From: Zygophlyctis sp. KS116
Taxonomy: Eukaryota; Fungi; Chytridiomycota
Assembly (NCBI GenBank): GCA_054661495.1
Contig: BAAFSQ010000015.1
Span: 48,087 to 80,086, forward strand
Length of the DNA stretch: 32,000 bases
Direction: 5' to 3'
Shown here one piece after another: positions 11,434 to 22,217 of the stretch. Made by a program: the position numbers and the translations under genes. A model generated the notes under the pieces. It saw only the letters and a list, made by a program, of their open reading frames with translations, made no database searches and was not told the DNA's origin. The stretch's first letter is position 1. The number at the start of each line of letters is the position of its first letter.

Positions 11434-13080
11434 ATGACTATTCCAAATTTGAAAGGATTGACTTTTGGTCAAATGCAAGAGCTCTTGCAACAAGTTTTAG
11501 AGGACTCTGAGAAGAAGGATCAAGGTAGAGTAGTCTGCTAATTATTAGATTTAGTTTTAGCAGGGGAAATAGGCTCAAGGCTTTTACAAGAGAAAATGGG
11601 ACTGGAAGCTGAAACAAGGTCAAATAAGGAAAAGATTAAAGACTTGGAAGGAACTATTGGGGAATTGGAGGATACGATTTCTCATAAACAAGATGAAATT
11701 CAAGTTTTAATGCAGAAATCTAATAATTCTAATGATAATCTGGAATTAATGTGTAGAAAATATGAATTATTACTAAAAGAAACGCAGTCTCAAAGGAACG
11801 AGTTCTTGTTGCAAGTCACGACAATACAAGAAAAGTCCAAAAGTCTTAAACAAGATATAATATCTAAAAATAATGAATATAATCAGTTAGAAAAGGTTTA
11901 TCAGTCTACAGTAAACATGGTCAAAGATTTGAAAAATGATAATTTACAGTTAAAACAGAGTCTAGATCATTCAAAAATTCAAGTAAAGGATTTACAGTCG
12001 CATATATCTAGATTAGAGACGTCTAATAAGGAATTGAATCTTATGAATTATGAATTAGTAGATCTAAGACAGGTTGTAGAGGATCAAAAGACTCGTATAG
12101 ATATATTAGAATGGGAAAATAATCAGTTGAATGTCTCATTAGAAGACACAAAAAGTAGGCTGGGGAAATATGAGGAAGGAGTTGATCCAAAAATTTCTTT
12201 TTCAAAGAGTATCTTGTCCGAAATTGATGAAAAAAGAGTAAAGGCTGAACAGGAAGCTAATGATATAAGTCAAAAGCATCAGGGTCTATTAAAGGCTCAT
12301 ACTCTTACAGTAAGGCAAAAAGAACGAATGAAAAATCATATTTCAAGACTGACTCAACTTTCTCAAAAACAATCGGCAGAGCATAGAGTTGAAATTTTAG
12401 AAGCAGAATTGAGTCAAGCTCTTAGTGAAAATCAGGATCTAGAACAGAAATTATTATATTTCTCAAAAAATCCAAGATCAAGGGCGTCTTCAGATGGAAT
12501 TTCGGATGAAGATGAAAAAACATTAATCTCAAAATTGCTGATGGATAATAACAAACTTAATCAAGAAATTAAGACGCTTCATATGCTCAAGCTAAATGAA
12601 GCAGATAAGGTTCGGACGGCATATTCTCTTTTACATAATAAAGAACAAGAATTAGATCAAATTAGGACTCAGTTTGCTCAAACTAAATTTGATCTGGATG
12701 AAGCTTTACTTAAATTACAGAATCCGGACGCATTTAAATTTGAAGAATCTCTACAAGATAAATTGAAAACCCCTATCGATTCAGATGAAAATGAACAAAT
12801 TGATGTTATAACAGACAAAGAAGTAGTATCAGTATCAAGTATGGAAAAAATAGGAAGTGAGTCTTTGCAGGAATCGGTTAGTATTTCAGAAGACTCATCA
12901 ATTGATACTGAGGCTATTGAAAATGCACTTAGTAGTGTTTCAACACATTTATCCAGTTGTGGATTCGCCAAAGATGATTTGTCCGAAGCTGATTTATCAG
13001 ATTCTGAAGACATGATTCCTTCATCAAGAAACATAAAATTGGACAGGGCTAAAATAGGGCAAGAATGTAACCAACAGTAA
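11434..13080 (+). CDS. SPDL1: Spindly-like kinetochore dynein adaptor
   Basis: Exon 1 (11434-11524) plus a 24-nt intron (11525-11548) yields the CC1 box DLVLAGEIGSRLLQE. Also a long coiled coil, Spindly-motif region SILSEIDEKR..RMKNHISRL and C-terminal CaaX-like CNQQ. Confidence 0.78.
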
Positions 13081-13117
13081 ATAACTCTGTTTCTATTCCC
13101 AAAAAAATAAATTTCTA

Positions 13118-15127
13118 TTATAGCTTGGCTTTAGGTGGAATAGTTGCCTGAAATACGACACGCATTTCCTCCACGGCACTGTGGATATGTGACTCCATCA
13201 CATCATTTTGCAAATGCAAAGATGTTAAATTGAAATGCAAGCAATCATTTTTAACCATATATGCTACCCCATATCCATCAGGAACGACTTCCCCCCATCC
13301 ATAAGCATCGTAATATTCAGAACTAATCTGAGAGGTAGATAAATTCCAATGACATGATCGTGCGAATGCTGGGTCAGTAAAAATAGCGGGCTTAGCTTCT
13401 GTATTCTTCAACGAAAGACGCAATCCTTTTAATCAAATCCAGCAAAATATACCTAATAGATGCCTATCAACTCCTTGACCATTTACTGCTTTTGCCATAT
13501 ATGAAGACTGCGCGGCAATAGCCTTTCTACCCAAAAGCCCTTTGTCTTGAATCTATTGGTAAGAGATGGGGAGATTTACCGATATGAGAGGATTTTCCAT
13601 AGCTTTAACCCAAGCAACAGATTCATTTGATACCGATCGACAAGTTTCTGTTCTCCCCCAACGATATTTCTTTGTTTGAGCAGATTCATAAGTCGCTCTA
13701 CAAACACCATATAGCTTGAAGTATGCCAGCTGGATCACCATCTGTGCAAATGCGTCTGGAGAAACTCCAAACTTTTTGATCATATTTTTACCATATTGAG
13801 GACAGTAAACAGCCCTTAAATCTTGAGTTTTAATCAGACCATCAAATGCTTTTTCTGCGGTCGTAATAGCTTCTAGCAAAGGCGCTTGTAGATCAAATTC
13901 AAGTTTGGCAGGAGTAGGTCCATCTGGCAAAGAGTCAATATGCTCCAAATCAAAAGTGTTTTTGTCTATGGATCCGAGAATAAATTCACATAATCTAGAG
14001 GTAGGAGTAGCATCCATCATTGAGTGTTCACCCAAAAATCCAGCTTTCCCATTATCAAAAATTATGAATTGAAGGGATTTATCAAAAAACCTATTTCTTC
14101 CATCACCATGCCAAAGTTGACGAGAAAAGTCATTTCTTGTAACCGGAGATGAATCATCCAAGCAAACAACAAATGCAGCCTTTTCAATTGTATCCAACGA
14201 TTCTTTATTCAAAGGTGTCTGCAACATGATTTCCCTAGCTTTTGTCCAAGTATCACGATTTTCAGAGGTCAAAACTCCTACAGGAAGGTCCTTATCTGAC
14301 CCAGCCATTTGATAGATTTTGTCAAACTGTCTTTATGTAAATTGAGCAAAATTACCTCTTTAATTGACTAGTTGATAGTTCTTGTCGACCATCAATCACA
14401 AAGAATTTATTCTTTCTAATAACAACGACATCATTATTACTATAATCACTTCCTCTTGTACCATCTGATGGAATTATAGGAATTCTTGTAGAATTGAACA
14501 TAAAACGGTATTGTTCGGAACATAAAGGCCCAGATTTTGCCGAATCAGGCTCTAAAGCTTCTGAAACTAAAAGCTTCTTGAATTCAAAAGCTCCTTTTAC
14601 AATTGATGCGGCCCTCATGGAAGGATTCATTCGGACTTTATCATCTTTAAAGCCTATAAAATCAGTGAACAATGATCATAACTTGCAAACTACCCTTTGG
14701 GTGAGTTTATGATTTGCATAAATATAGAAAAAAAATCTTACCCAAGAAATAGCTAACAAAAATCACTAAAGGATCTCTGTATCCCATATAAGCATAATCA
14801 TTCCACCAATCAATCAACCAAGATCGCCCCTTTGAATTCATTTCTGCTGCACGATCTAACAGACGCTTTTGCAAAATTGGACCCATTCCGTCAGGTTTAC
14901 AGAAATCTTCAACATTTCTTACAGATGCCTCAAATTCAGATTTTGACGTAAGTGGCTCAAGGGTTTTGAGATAGAGATCAGTTGTTTCTTTCAATGATGG
15001 AACCGGAAGATTAGGAAGCTTCGATTGGTGAGCAAACAAAATTTTCTGAGACATATCGATTTTACTTGATAACTAGTAAATGTTAATTTACCAAATTTAC
15101 AGATCTTTTTATGGCAGAATTAATCAT
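13118..15127 (-). CDS. CAT2: Carnitine O-acetyltransferase (mitochondrial/peroxisomal)
   Basis: LPNLPVPSL, RNRFFDKSLQ, catalytic EHSMMDATP, TYESAQT..GRTET, GVDRHLLGL, LSTSQ, GWGEVVPDGYG and C-terminal PTS1 AKL. Introns at 15073-15100 (28), 14654-14741 (88), 14331-14355 (25), 13553-13579 (27) and 13426-13452 (27). Second ATG at 15054. Confidence 0.93.
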
Positions 15128-15157
15128 CGGGAAATTTGCGTGGTGTCGTCATTAACC

Positions 15158-16760
15158 ATGGAACAAAATTCAGAAACAGCAAGTCTTTTACCACAGGAGG
15201 AGGAATACGTGGTTCAAAATAGTGAACTACGAAGAGAACTTAAATCTAGGCACTTGAATATGATTGTTATTGGGGGGACCATTGGCACTGGGCTTTTTCT
15301 AGGGTCTGGGCAAACGCTAGCGACTGCAGGACCTGGTGGATCACTTGTTGCATTTCTTCTCATCGGGTCTCTTGTATATTCCGTCGTATCAAGTCTTGGA
15401 GAAATGGTTTGTCTATTGCCAGTTCCGGGTAGTTTTAATACTTTTGGAACTCGTTTCGTTGAACCTGCCCTAGGATTTACAATGGGCTGGAACTATTGGG
15501 TTCAGTGGAGTTTATCTCTGCCAAGTGAATTATCGGCTTTAGCAATAGTCTTGAGTATGTTTTTATTTTATAATTTACGTAGAATATTGGTGGCCAGATT
15601 ATAGTTATTTAGGTCCTGGAATTGCATTGCTCTTATTAATCTTGGTAAATTTGGTTGCAGGTGTAAGAGGATTTGGAGAGTCTGAATACTTTTTTTCTAT
15701 AGTTAAAGTATTAGCAGTTGTTGCATTTTTGTGCATTGGCATTTTGCTAGATTTGGGGATTCCAAACGGAAAGTTTATAGGATTCGAAAATTGGAAAGAA
15801 AATCCTTTTAAGAACGGAATTTCGGGTATATTCGATGTGTTTTTAATCGCCTTTTTTGCGTTTGGGGGGACAGAATTAATAGGTATGGCTGCAGCAGAAG
15901 CAGATGATCCAAAGAACACACTTCCCAGGGCGATTTCACAAACTTTGATACGGATATGCCTCTTTTATATTGGATCAATTTTAATTATGGGGCTTTTGAT
16001 ATCCAATTCTGATCCAAGATTGTTGGACCCAAATGCAAGTTCTTCAATTGTTCTTTCACCGTTTACCATCATCTTTTCAATGGCAGGAATTCCAGGAATA
16101 GATCATATCGTTAATCTTGTAGTTGTTTTTGCGATTCTTTCGGCCGCAAACTCTGCAATGTATGCAGCATCAAGGACTTTAATGGGGCTGTCATTTGCAA
16201 ATCAGGCACCTGCAGTCTTTGGAACTTTATACAATGGTGTTCCAATTGTGGCCCTTGTAGTGACAGTTTTATTCGGATCTTTGGCATTTGCTGGAAATGT
16301 TTTAGGGGGTATAATTCTTTTCTTAAATATTTTAGAAGGATTAATCTTTAATTTTCTAATCAAGTTGAGTGGAGCATCAGGTAGAGTTAAGGCGAAATTA
16401 TTAACTCACAGGTATCCTTACTTGGCTGTCTATATCTATCATACACCTACGATTTCGTGCAGCCTACTTGGCTCAAGGTAAATCCTTGGATGATTTGCCG
16501 TACAAATCGCGATTATCACCATATTCAAACTATTATTCTATACTCTTGGGAATTGTTATTATTATAGGTCAAGCATTTTTATCATTTTCAAAGACCGATC
16601 CGTCTTGGACAAACTTTGCATCTTCATTTGGTAAGATTATGCGTATTGTTAATGAAAAGTTGGTTTACTTTTTTTCATTGTACTATATTTTGGCTATAAA
16701 ATAACAAAAAAATCTAAGCTTATATCACTGGCAGATTGTGATTTTAATATGCCTGATTAA
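15158..16760 (+). CDS. Amino acid permease (APC superfamily, YAT/Can1-Lyp1-like)
   Basis: LRRELKSRHLNMIVIGGTIGTGLFLGSG, GFGESEYFFSIVKV, FAFGGTELIG and SAANSAMYAASRTL. Introns at 15555-15582 (28), 16309-16335 (27, probable), 16381-16411 (31) and 16631-16659 (29). Confidence 0.93.
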
Positions 16761-16786
16761 AACTGAATAAATTTCAAATCACTTGC

Positions 16787-18054
16787 TTATAGAGAAGAAT
16801 CTGATTCACTCCCCATGTTATCCATGAGGGGAATCATATTTTCCCAAAATTGCAGTCCCTATTTAATAAAAAAGTCTAAAATACATTTTGATGAAAATCT
16901 ATTTGAATATCAGTCAAATCCCGTAGATATCCAAAAAAATCTTGAATTTTGAGAGCATTAAAAATCTCTACTTCTTTCAAAACATGTTCAGAAAACTCTT
17001 CAGCCTCTTTTTGACTTGTTTCAACTGCATTCTCCAATTGATTAACTTTTGCAGTAAGTTTTTCAACACGAGACTGCCTTGCCTTTTCAGGATCAATCCC
17101 CTTGAAATCATTAATTTTATCCTTGAAAAACCCAGCTATACCACCTGCAGACTTTCCACCTGCAGTCCGATCTCTTTCAGTACTATAACTTTCATACCAA
17201 GCCGCCAACTCTTCATGATCTATTTGCCGTTGATCTCTAGCCTTTAAAACTTCTTTTAATGATTCACAATAAGCCGCATAATGACGTAAATACAAGACAT
17301 ATTCCATTTCTTCCCTTAAAGACTTTGATTTTACATAATTTGAATAATTTTCTAGTCTTGTACCAAAAGAACTTAGTGAATTAGCCATTTGTGTCTCCAT
17401 AAAAGCCAAGGAAGCAATTCCATTTCCCATAATCTTGTAAGAATCAGCCATTATTGATTCAGCTTTAAATATTTTTGAATGATTTTTTTCAATTTGAATC
17501 AAAACATCTTCCAATATCTTTGATTTTTCCTTTATTTCCAAGAATTTTGGATCTTTTGTTTTTACACGAGAGAATACATTTAAAATAGCATCTCCAATAT
17601 TTTCCATTAAATGTTGAGATTCTTTATTTTTTGGAATTGGTTCATGACTTGTCATATCTGATGTATCTAAAAACCGAACTAGTGAAACTGATTTCTGAAG
17701 TACTGGATGCCTAGCCATATGTCTTAGGAATATTTCCAGACAAGCTCTTCTCCTTTCAATAAATTCTGGAGAGAATCTATCACCTGTCAAGTATTCCATG
17801 ACATGTTTATCAGGTAGCGGTGGTAAAATACAAGCAGGAAATTCATCATTAATGTTTTTGTAGAGCCAAATAAAATCCTGAAATCGTCTACGGACTTTAG
17901 ATTCTGGCATTGAGTAATTTTCCAACAGAGTCTTGTATTGTACTAGATACGTAACAAAAGCCGTTGAGCCTTCTCCATGTTTTTGAGGATCTGATACTGA
18001 GACTCTAAGAGAGTTATTTGGCATTGGAGAAAACGACGTGAGCGACGTTTCCAT
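16787..18054 (-). CDS. SNX4: Sorting nexin 4 / Atg24 (PX-BAR)
   Basis: VSDPQKHGEG..FVTYLV, VRRRFQDFIWL, LPPLPDKH..GDRFSPEFIERRR and LKARDQRQIDHEEL. Intron 16859-16884 (26). ATG at 18054 preferred. Confidence 0.92.
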
Positions 18055-18064
18055 TAAATTTGCA

Positions 18065-18133
18065 GACGCGACGCGACGTACTGCCGACCTACTTGGACAC
18101 ACTGCCGACCTACTGAGACACACTTGGACACAC
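18065..18133. repeat. GC-rich tandem repeats in SNX4/bL35m divergent promoter
   Basis: GACGC-GACGC-GACGT, then ACTGCCGACCTACT(TG/GA)GACAC x2 (21-bp period) plus a partial third ACTTGGACAC. Confidence 0.9.
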
Positions 18134-18166
18134 GTCATGTTGGCCCTACTGTGTTTAGAATTTAAA

Positions 18167-18550
18167 ATGTTTGCATTGACTTCAATCTTTAGGAGACTGA
18201 CACTTAGGACTCCCATCCCTCCAATTCTACAAAACTATAGATCCATGCATTCTTGTCTCTTAAATCTTAAAGAACACAAGGGAAAAACAAGTACTTTTGG
18301 AAAGATTAAAGTTGCTTCAATGAGGAAAACTAAAAAATATAAACTAAAGACACATCAGGGTGCAGCTGCAAGGTGGATGGTCATGGGAAATGGAGTGTTT
18401 AAAAGAGGACAACCAGGGAGAAATCACTTTAATTCTAAAATGAGATCAGTAAAGAGAAGAGCTAAAAAATCTAAAATAATTTCTAATTCTACTCAGACTA
18501 GAAGATTAAAAAAACTGTTACCATACTTTAAGAGGAAATATATGAAATAA
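18167..18550 (+). CDS. Mitochondrial ribosomal protein bL35m
   Basis: Presequence-like MFALTSIFRRL; KLKTHQGAAARW..GVFKRGQPGRNH..RRLKKLLPY is the L35 signature. Confidence 0.88.
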   Translation: MFALTSIFRRLTLRTPIPPILQNYRSMHSCLLNLKEHKGKTSTFGKIKVASMRKTKKYKLKTHQGAAARWMVMGNGVFKRGQPGRNHFNSKMRSVKRRAKKSKIISNSTQTRRLKKLLPYFKRKYMK

Positions 18551-19739
18551 TTATTCAAAATCTATTCTAGAATAATTGCGAAATCTACAAACTGGGCAGG
18601 TATGAGGTCCATCTAGACAAAAACTTTCAAATCTAGAAATACATTTTTCATGAAAGACATGTGAGCAATTTAAAAGTGTAAGGGATCTATAATCACTCTT
18701 TAAAGGAGAGATACAAATTGAACATATTTCTGGACTAGAATTTAATCTCTTGATTGCTTTTTGGTAGATTTGATCCCAATCAAAAGAATCAAACTTTTCA
18801 ATTTCAATTGTTCCACTAATAATTACTATTTTATATATTACAGTGTCAAGATTTTCCTTGATTCTTGTAAATCTTGATCTACTTTATGAAAGAATTGATC
18901 AATTTCTAAAGTATCTTGTGCTACCATGGATTCAGCATTACAGGATATTTTAGACAACTTTTATTAAATTAGAAATAAATTACCTTTTTTAAGAAATATT
19001 TCCTTCTTAATCTAGTATCTGATGGTGGAACAGTTTGTAAATGTACTAGATATTTCTTTCTTATTCTCCACATTCTAAACGTTTTTTGAATCTTGATTGC
19101 ACACTTGTTATAAAATGCTCTTTTTCCTTCAAATAAAAGTCTTTTTTCATAGTCTTGAGTTCTACAAATAGGACAAGACTTTTTAAAGACATGTTTTTCA
19201 TAACTTTCTAAACAAGATCTATGGTAAACATGACTACAAGATAATAGAATTTGTTCTTCCTTTGTAAAAGGTTCACAACAGATTGGACATTTTTCAGTAC
19301 ATCTTTCCATTGATTGATTTTTAACTCTTGTCCATTCAGGCTCTGTTAACCGATCTTTGGGTCTAGATACAATTCCTAATTTCTGAGCTAATGTAAGAGG
19401 TTTTAAAATAGGATCCAAGAGGATTTCTTTTCCAGACTCTAATTCTTTAATTGAGCTTGATTCCGGACAGTTTTTAGAATTCTGTTTACCATGAATCATG
19501 GATTGCTTTCTCTTAATTTCAGAATTCCATTTTGCCAATTGTCGTTTTTGAGTATTGAGAATTGGTTTGTAAGAGCTTGATTTAATTTTGGAATTATTAG
19601 ATCTACTTTGTAATGAGTATGATCTAGCAAAATGATCTTGCATTGCAGCAGCGTATACAGGTGATGAAAGTGTATGATTGTTAATAGTTATTGGAGGCAA
19701 TAGCTTTTTAGGCGATCTGATTGGCTGATTAGAGTCCAT
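18551..19739 (-). CDS. RNF32: RING finger protein 32 (RING-H2, IQ, RING-H2)
   Basis: AAAMQDH, LTLAQKLGIV, CPICCEPF..LLSCSHVYHRSCLESYE, IQ motif AIKIQKTFRMWRIRK. A second RING appears after introns 18958-18983 (26) and 18816-18841 (26). Confidence 0.9.
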
Positions 19740-19754
19740 AGTCGGATAATTTTT

Positions 19755-20406
19755 ATGATCCGATCGCTTGTTCTGAGAATGCCAAAGTAATCACAATTCC
19801 TTTAATTTTAGTTTGAAGATATATACAAGAACTGGAGATAAAGGAACTTCTTCATTGTACACTGGAGAACGGAGATCAAAGGATGATTTGATCTTTCATG
19901 TTTTAGGAAACACTGATGAACTTTCTTCGCATATCGGGCTGGCTAGAGATTTCTGTCAAGAGGCAGAAAATGGAATATCTGTACAACTGGAGAAAATTCA
20001 GGTACGATCAACTGATTTATGATAGTGTGTGCTGCAAGATCTTGGATCTCATGTTGCAACTCCTAGAAATTCAAATCAGGCAATGAGATTGGCTAAAACT
20101 GAATTTGATAGTATGGGAAATCTATCCACTGAGCTTGAAAAATGGATTGACACTATGGATGAACAATTGCCAGAATTAAAAAACTTTATACTGCCTTCAG
20201 GTGGAAAAGCAGCATCTGCGCTTCATATTTCTAGAAGTGTTTGCAGAAGAGCAGAAAGAAGTATAATACCATTGGTTAAAGAAGAAATGGCACAAGAGTC
20301 TGCTGCAAGATATCTAAATAGATTATCTGATTTTCTTTTTACGGCTGCACGGTTTGCTGCATTGAAAGAGGGAAAGCAAGAAACAATTTATAAGAAATCG
20401 GGTTAA
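19755..20406 (+). CDS. MMAB: ATP:cob(I)alamin adenosyltransferase, PduO type
   Basis: [48 protein letters not shown] and [14 protein letters not shown]. Introns at 19787-19811 (25) and 20002-20025 (24). In-frame ATGs at 19755 and 19779. Confidence 0.95.
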
Positions 20407-20412
20407 TATGCG

Positions 20413-22200
20413 TTATTTGTTTTTAGGTAGAGGAGTATTTAAAGATAGCAATATGTTTGAGACTGGGCCTGGAAGACCATCCTGAGCAGAAAATGAATCA
20501 ATAAGGTTTTGAACTAGATTCGTGTCCATTTTGACTTTATCGGATTCAGGACCTTCTGGGAGAGAAGATCCAACTTTTGAGGCTTTTAATTCATTCTCCA
20601 TTGAAGCTAAATATTCTTCAAAAGATGAATCTAGTCCTTGTGAGTCTGAATCGTTCTCCTCTGATTCCATTATTAAATCCACAGAATCATCAGAGTTATC
20701 AGACTCAGAATCAAAGGCATTTGTATCAACTCCCATTCCTTTCAAATCTTCTTTATCGATACCAACAGAATCCATGATAACTTTGAGAAATTTCATAGAG
20801 TCAAAATCAGACTTATCATCTACATCATCATCTATTTCTCCAGGAAAAAGCACGCCTGCTGGACCGGATTTTACCTTTATAAAGTCATTAAATCCACCAA
20901 CCCATTTTGACATGTTTTCAAGTTCTTTTTCTTCCTCTGCTTCCAAGGGTGAATCTAAATCATTTAAATTCGACGCTGCAAATTTAGATTCCATGTCCTT
21001 TTCAGTACTATATTGATCAATGTTTAACCATTCATCTGAATCACTAGGCCCCCGAGGCAATTTTTCTAATTGTACAAGAGGTATATTCATCAACTCCTTT
21101 ATCACTTGAACTGGATTTTTGGAATCAATGTATTCATTTTCTTGCTGTTTATCGGAAAGATATTGTTGTTTTGCTTGTTTTTCCAAGACTTGATATAGAG
21201 CAGAGTCTTTAATTTCCAATCTATAATAACCTATTTTTTCTAGTCTCTTTTGATAAGCCTTCCATCCAGCATCAATTCCAAAATTATAATTATCTACTGA
21301 ATTCATAGATTTTAATAATTGATTCCAATTAGGATCATTGTATAATATTTCAAATCCGCATGCCTAAAGTGTTAACATCAAAAATATACTATTTTCATCC
21401 CTAAATCATAGGCTTTATATTTCTCGGATTCTTTTTCGGGCATGGTGAATGGCTTCAAAACTGGAAATTTAGCAGATTCCAACTGCGCATACATCATTCT
21501 AGTCATACTGACAGTAAAATCAACCATATTTCCAGGCAAAGGCTTAAAAGTATTCATAACTTGACAAACTTTGATTGCGGATGGATCTCTAGCATAGAAT
21601 GCATAAACGCAATGTGAAATTAGTTGAGGATCATAATACAACAAATGCCCTATAAGATGCGGAACAACAACCTGAGATTTTTGAATTTGGCAAATAGAAT
21701 TCATTTTCATTTTCGAACATAAAGCCTCTTGAACTTTAACCGGTGCTCTCGTCTCTAACTTAGATATTATAGCTTCAATTGATATTTTTAGAGTTGGATT
21801 CTTGATCTCTTTTGGAATTATATGTAATTGTTTCTTAAATATGTAAACTCTACCTTGGGCTGATACTGGATCTAACCATTTCGGTAATACATCTGCAGCT
21901 TCGATCAATAAAAATTCCCCATCTGAATCAGAAACTCTAAAATCAGTTTTACCAATCTTACTCAATTATCACAGGAAATTTATCAGATATGTGATATAGA
22001 AGATCAACTATTTTCCATTCATCTGCAATTGCATCTTCAAAAATGGTTTTGCCCTGAAAGCAATTTGGATCGGATTGTACCAAATGAAAAGAGCTGTAAT
22101 GCCAGATATAATCTTTTGCTAATGGCCTTACAAATCCCAAGATATCATCAAGATCGATCTTTTCCAGTGCATGCAACTTGTAGATTACGTAATCACCCAT
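20413..22200 (-). CDS. ECD: Ecdysoneless / hSGT1 family protein
   Basis: YIWH, FEDAIADEW, DSDGEFLLIEAADVLPKWLDP, GMKIACGFEIL, DSDEWL and NLIDSFSAQDGLPGPVSNIL. Introns at 21937-21961 (25) and 21364-21389 (26). Confidence 0.92.
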
Positions 22201-22217
22201 AAAGTTGCTAATTTTCA

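Noticed and set aside
14654-14741. TPP riboswitch or C/D snoRNA in the long CAT2 intron
   Set aside because: It lacks the TPP core motifs and a 5' C box; only a CTGA near the 3' end, which may be the branchpoint.
18080-18131. Repeat cluster as a possible CRISPR-like array
   Set aside because: Only two tandem units, no unique spacers, and a eukaryotic context.
18038-18216. Apparent head-to-head overlap of the SNX4 and bL35m ORFs
   Set aside because: An artefact of upstream start choice; the plausible ATGs at 18054 and 18167 do not overlap.
1146-19768. Shared 11-mer ATCCGATCGCT at two divergent junctions (1146-1156 and 19758-19768)
   Set aside because: The second copy probably encodes the MMAB leader (IRSL), and two occurrences are insufficient to call a motif.
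12678-21016. Antisense ORFs in the track (e.g. 12678-13034, 15605-15919, 16942-17247, 20522-21016; similarly 2813-3193, 25995-26336)
   Set aside because: They are shadows of well-supported genes on the opposite strand, with no recognisable motifs.
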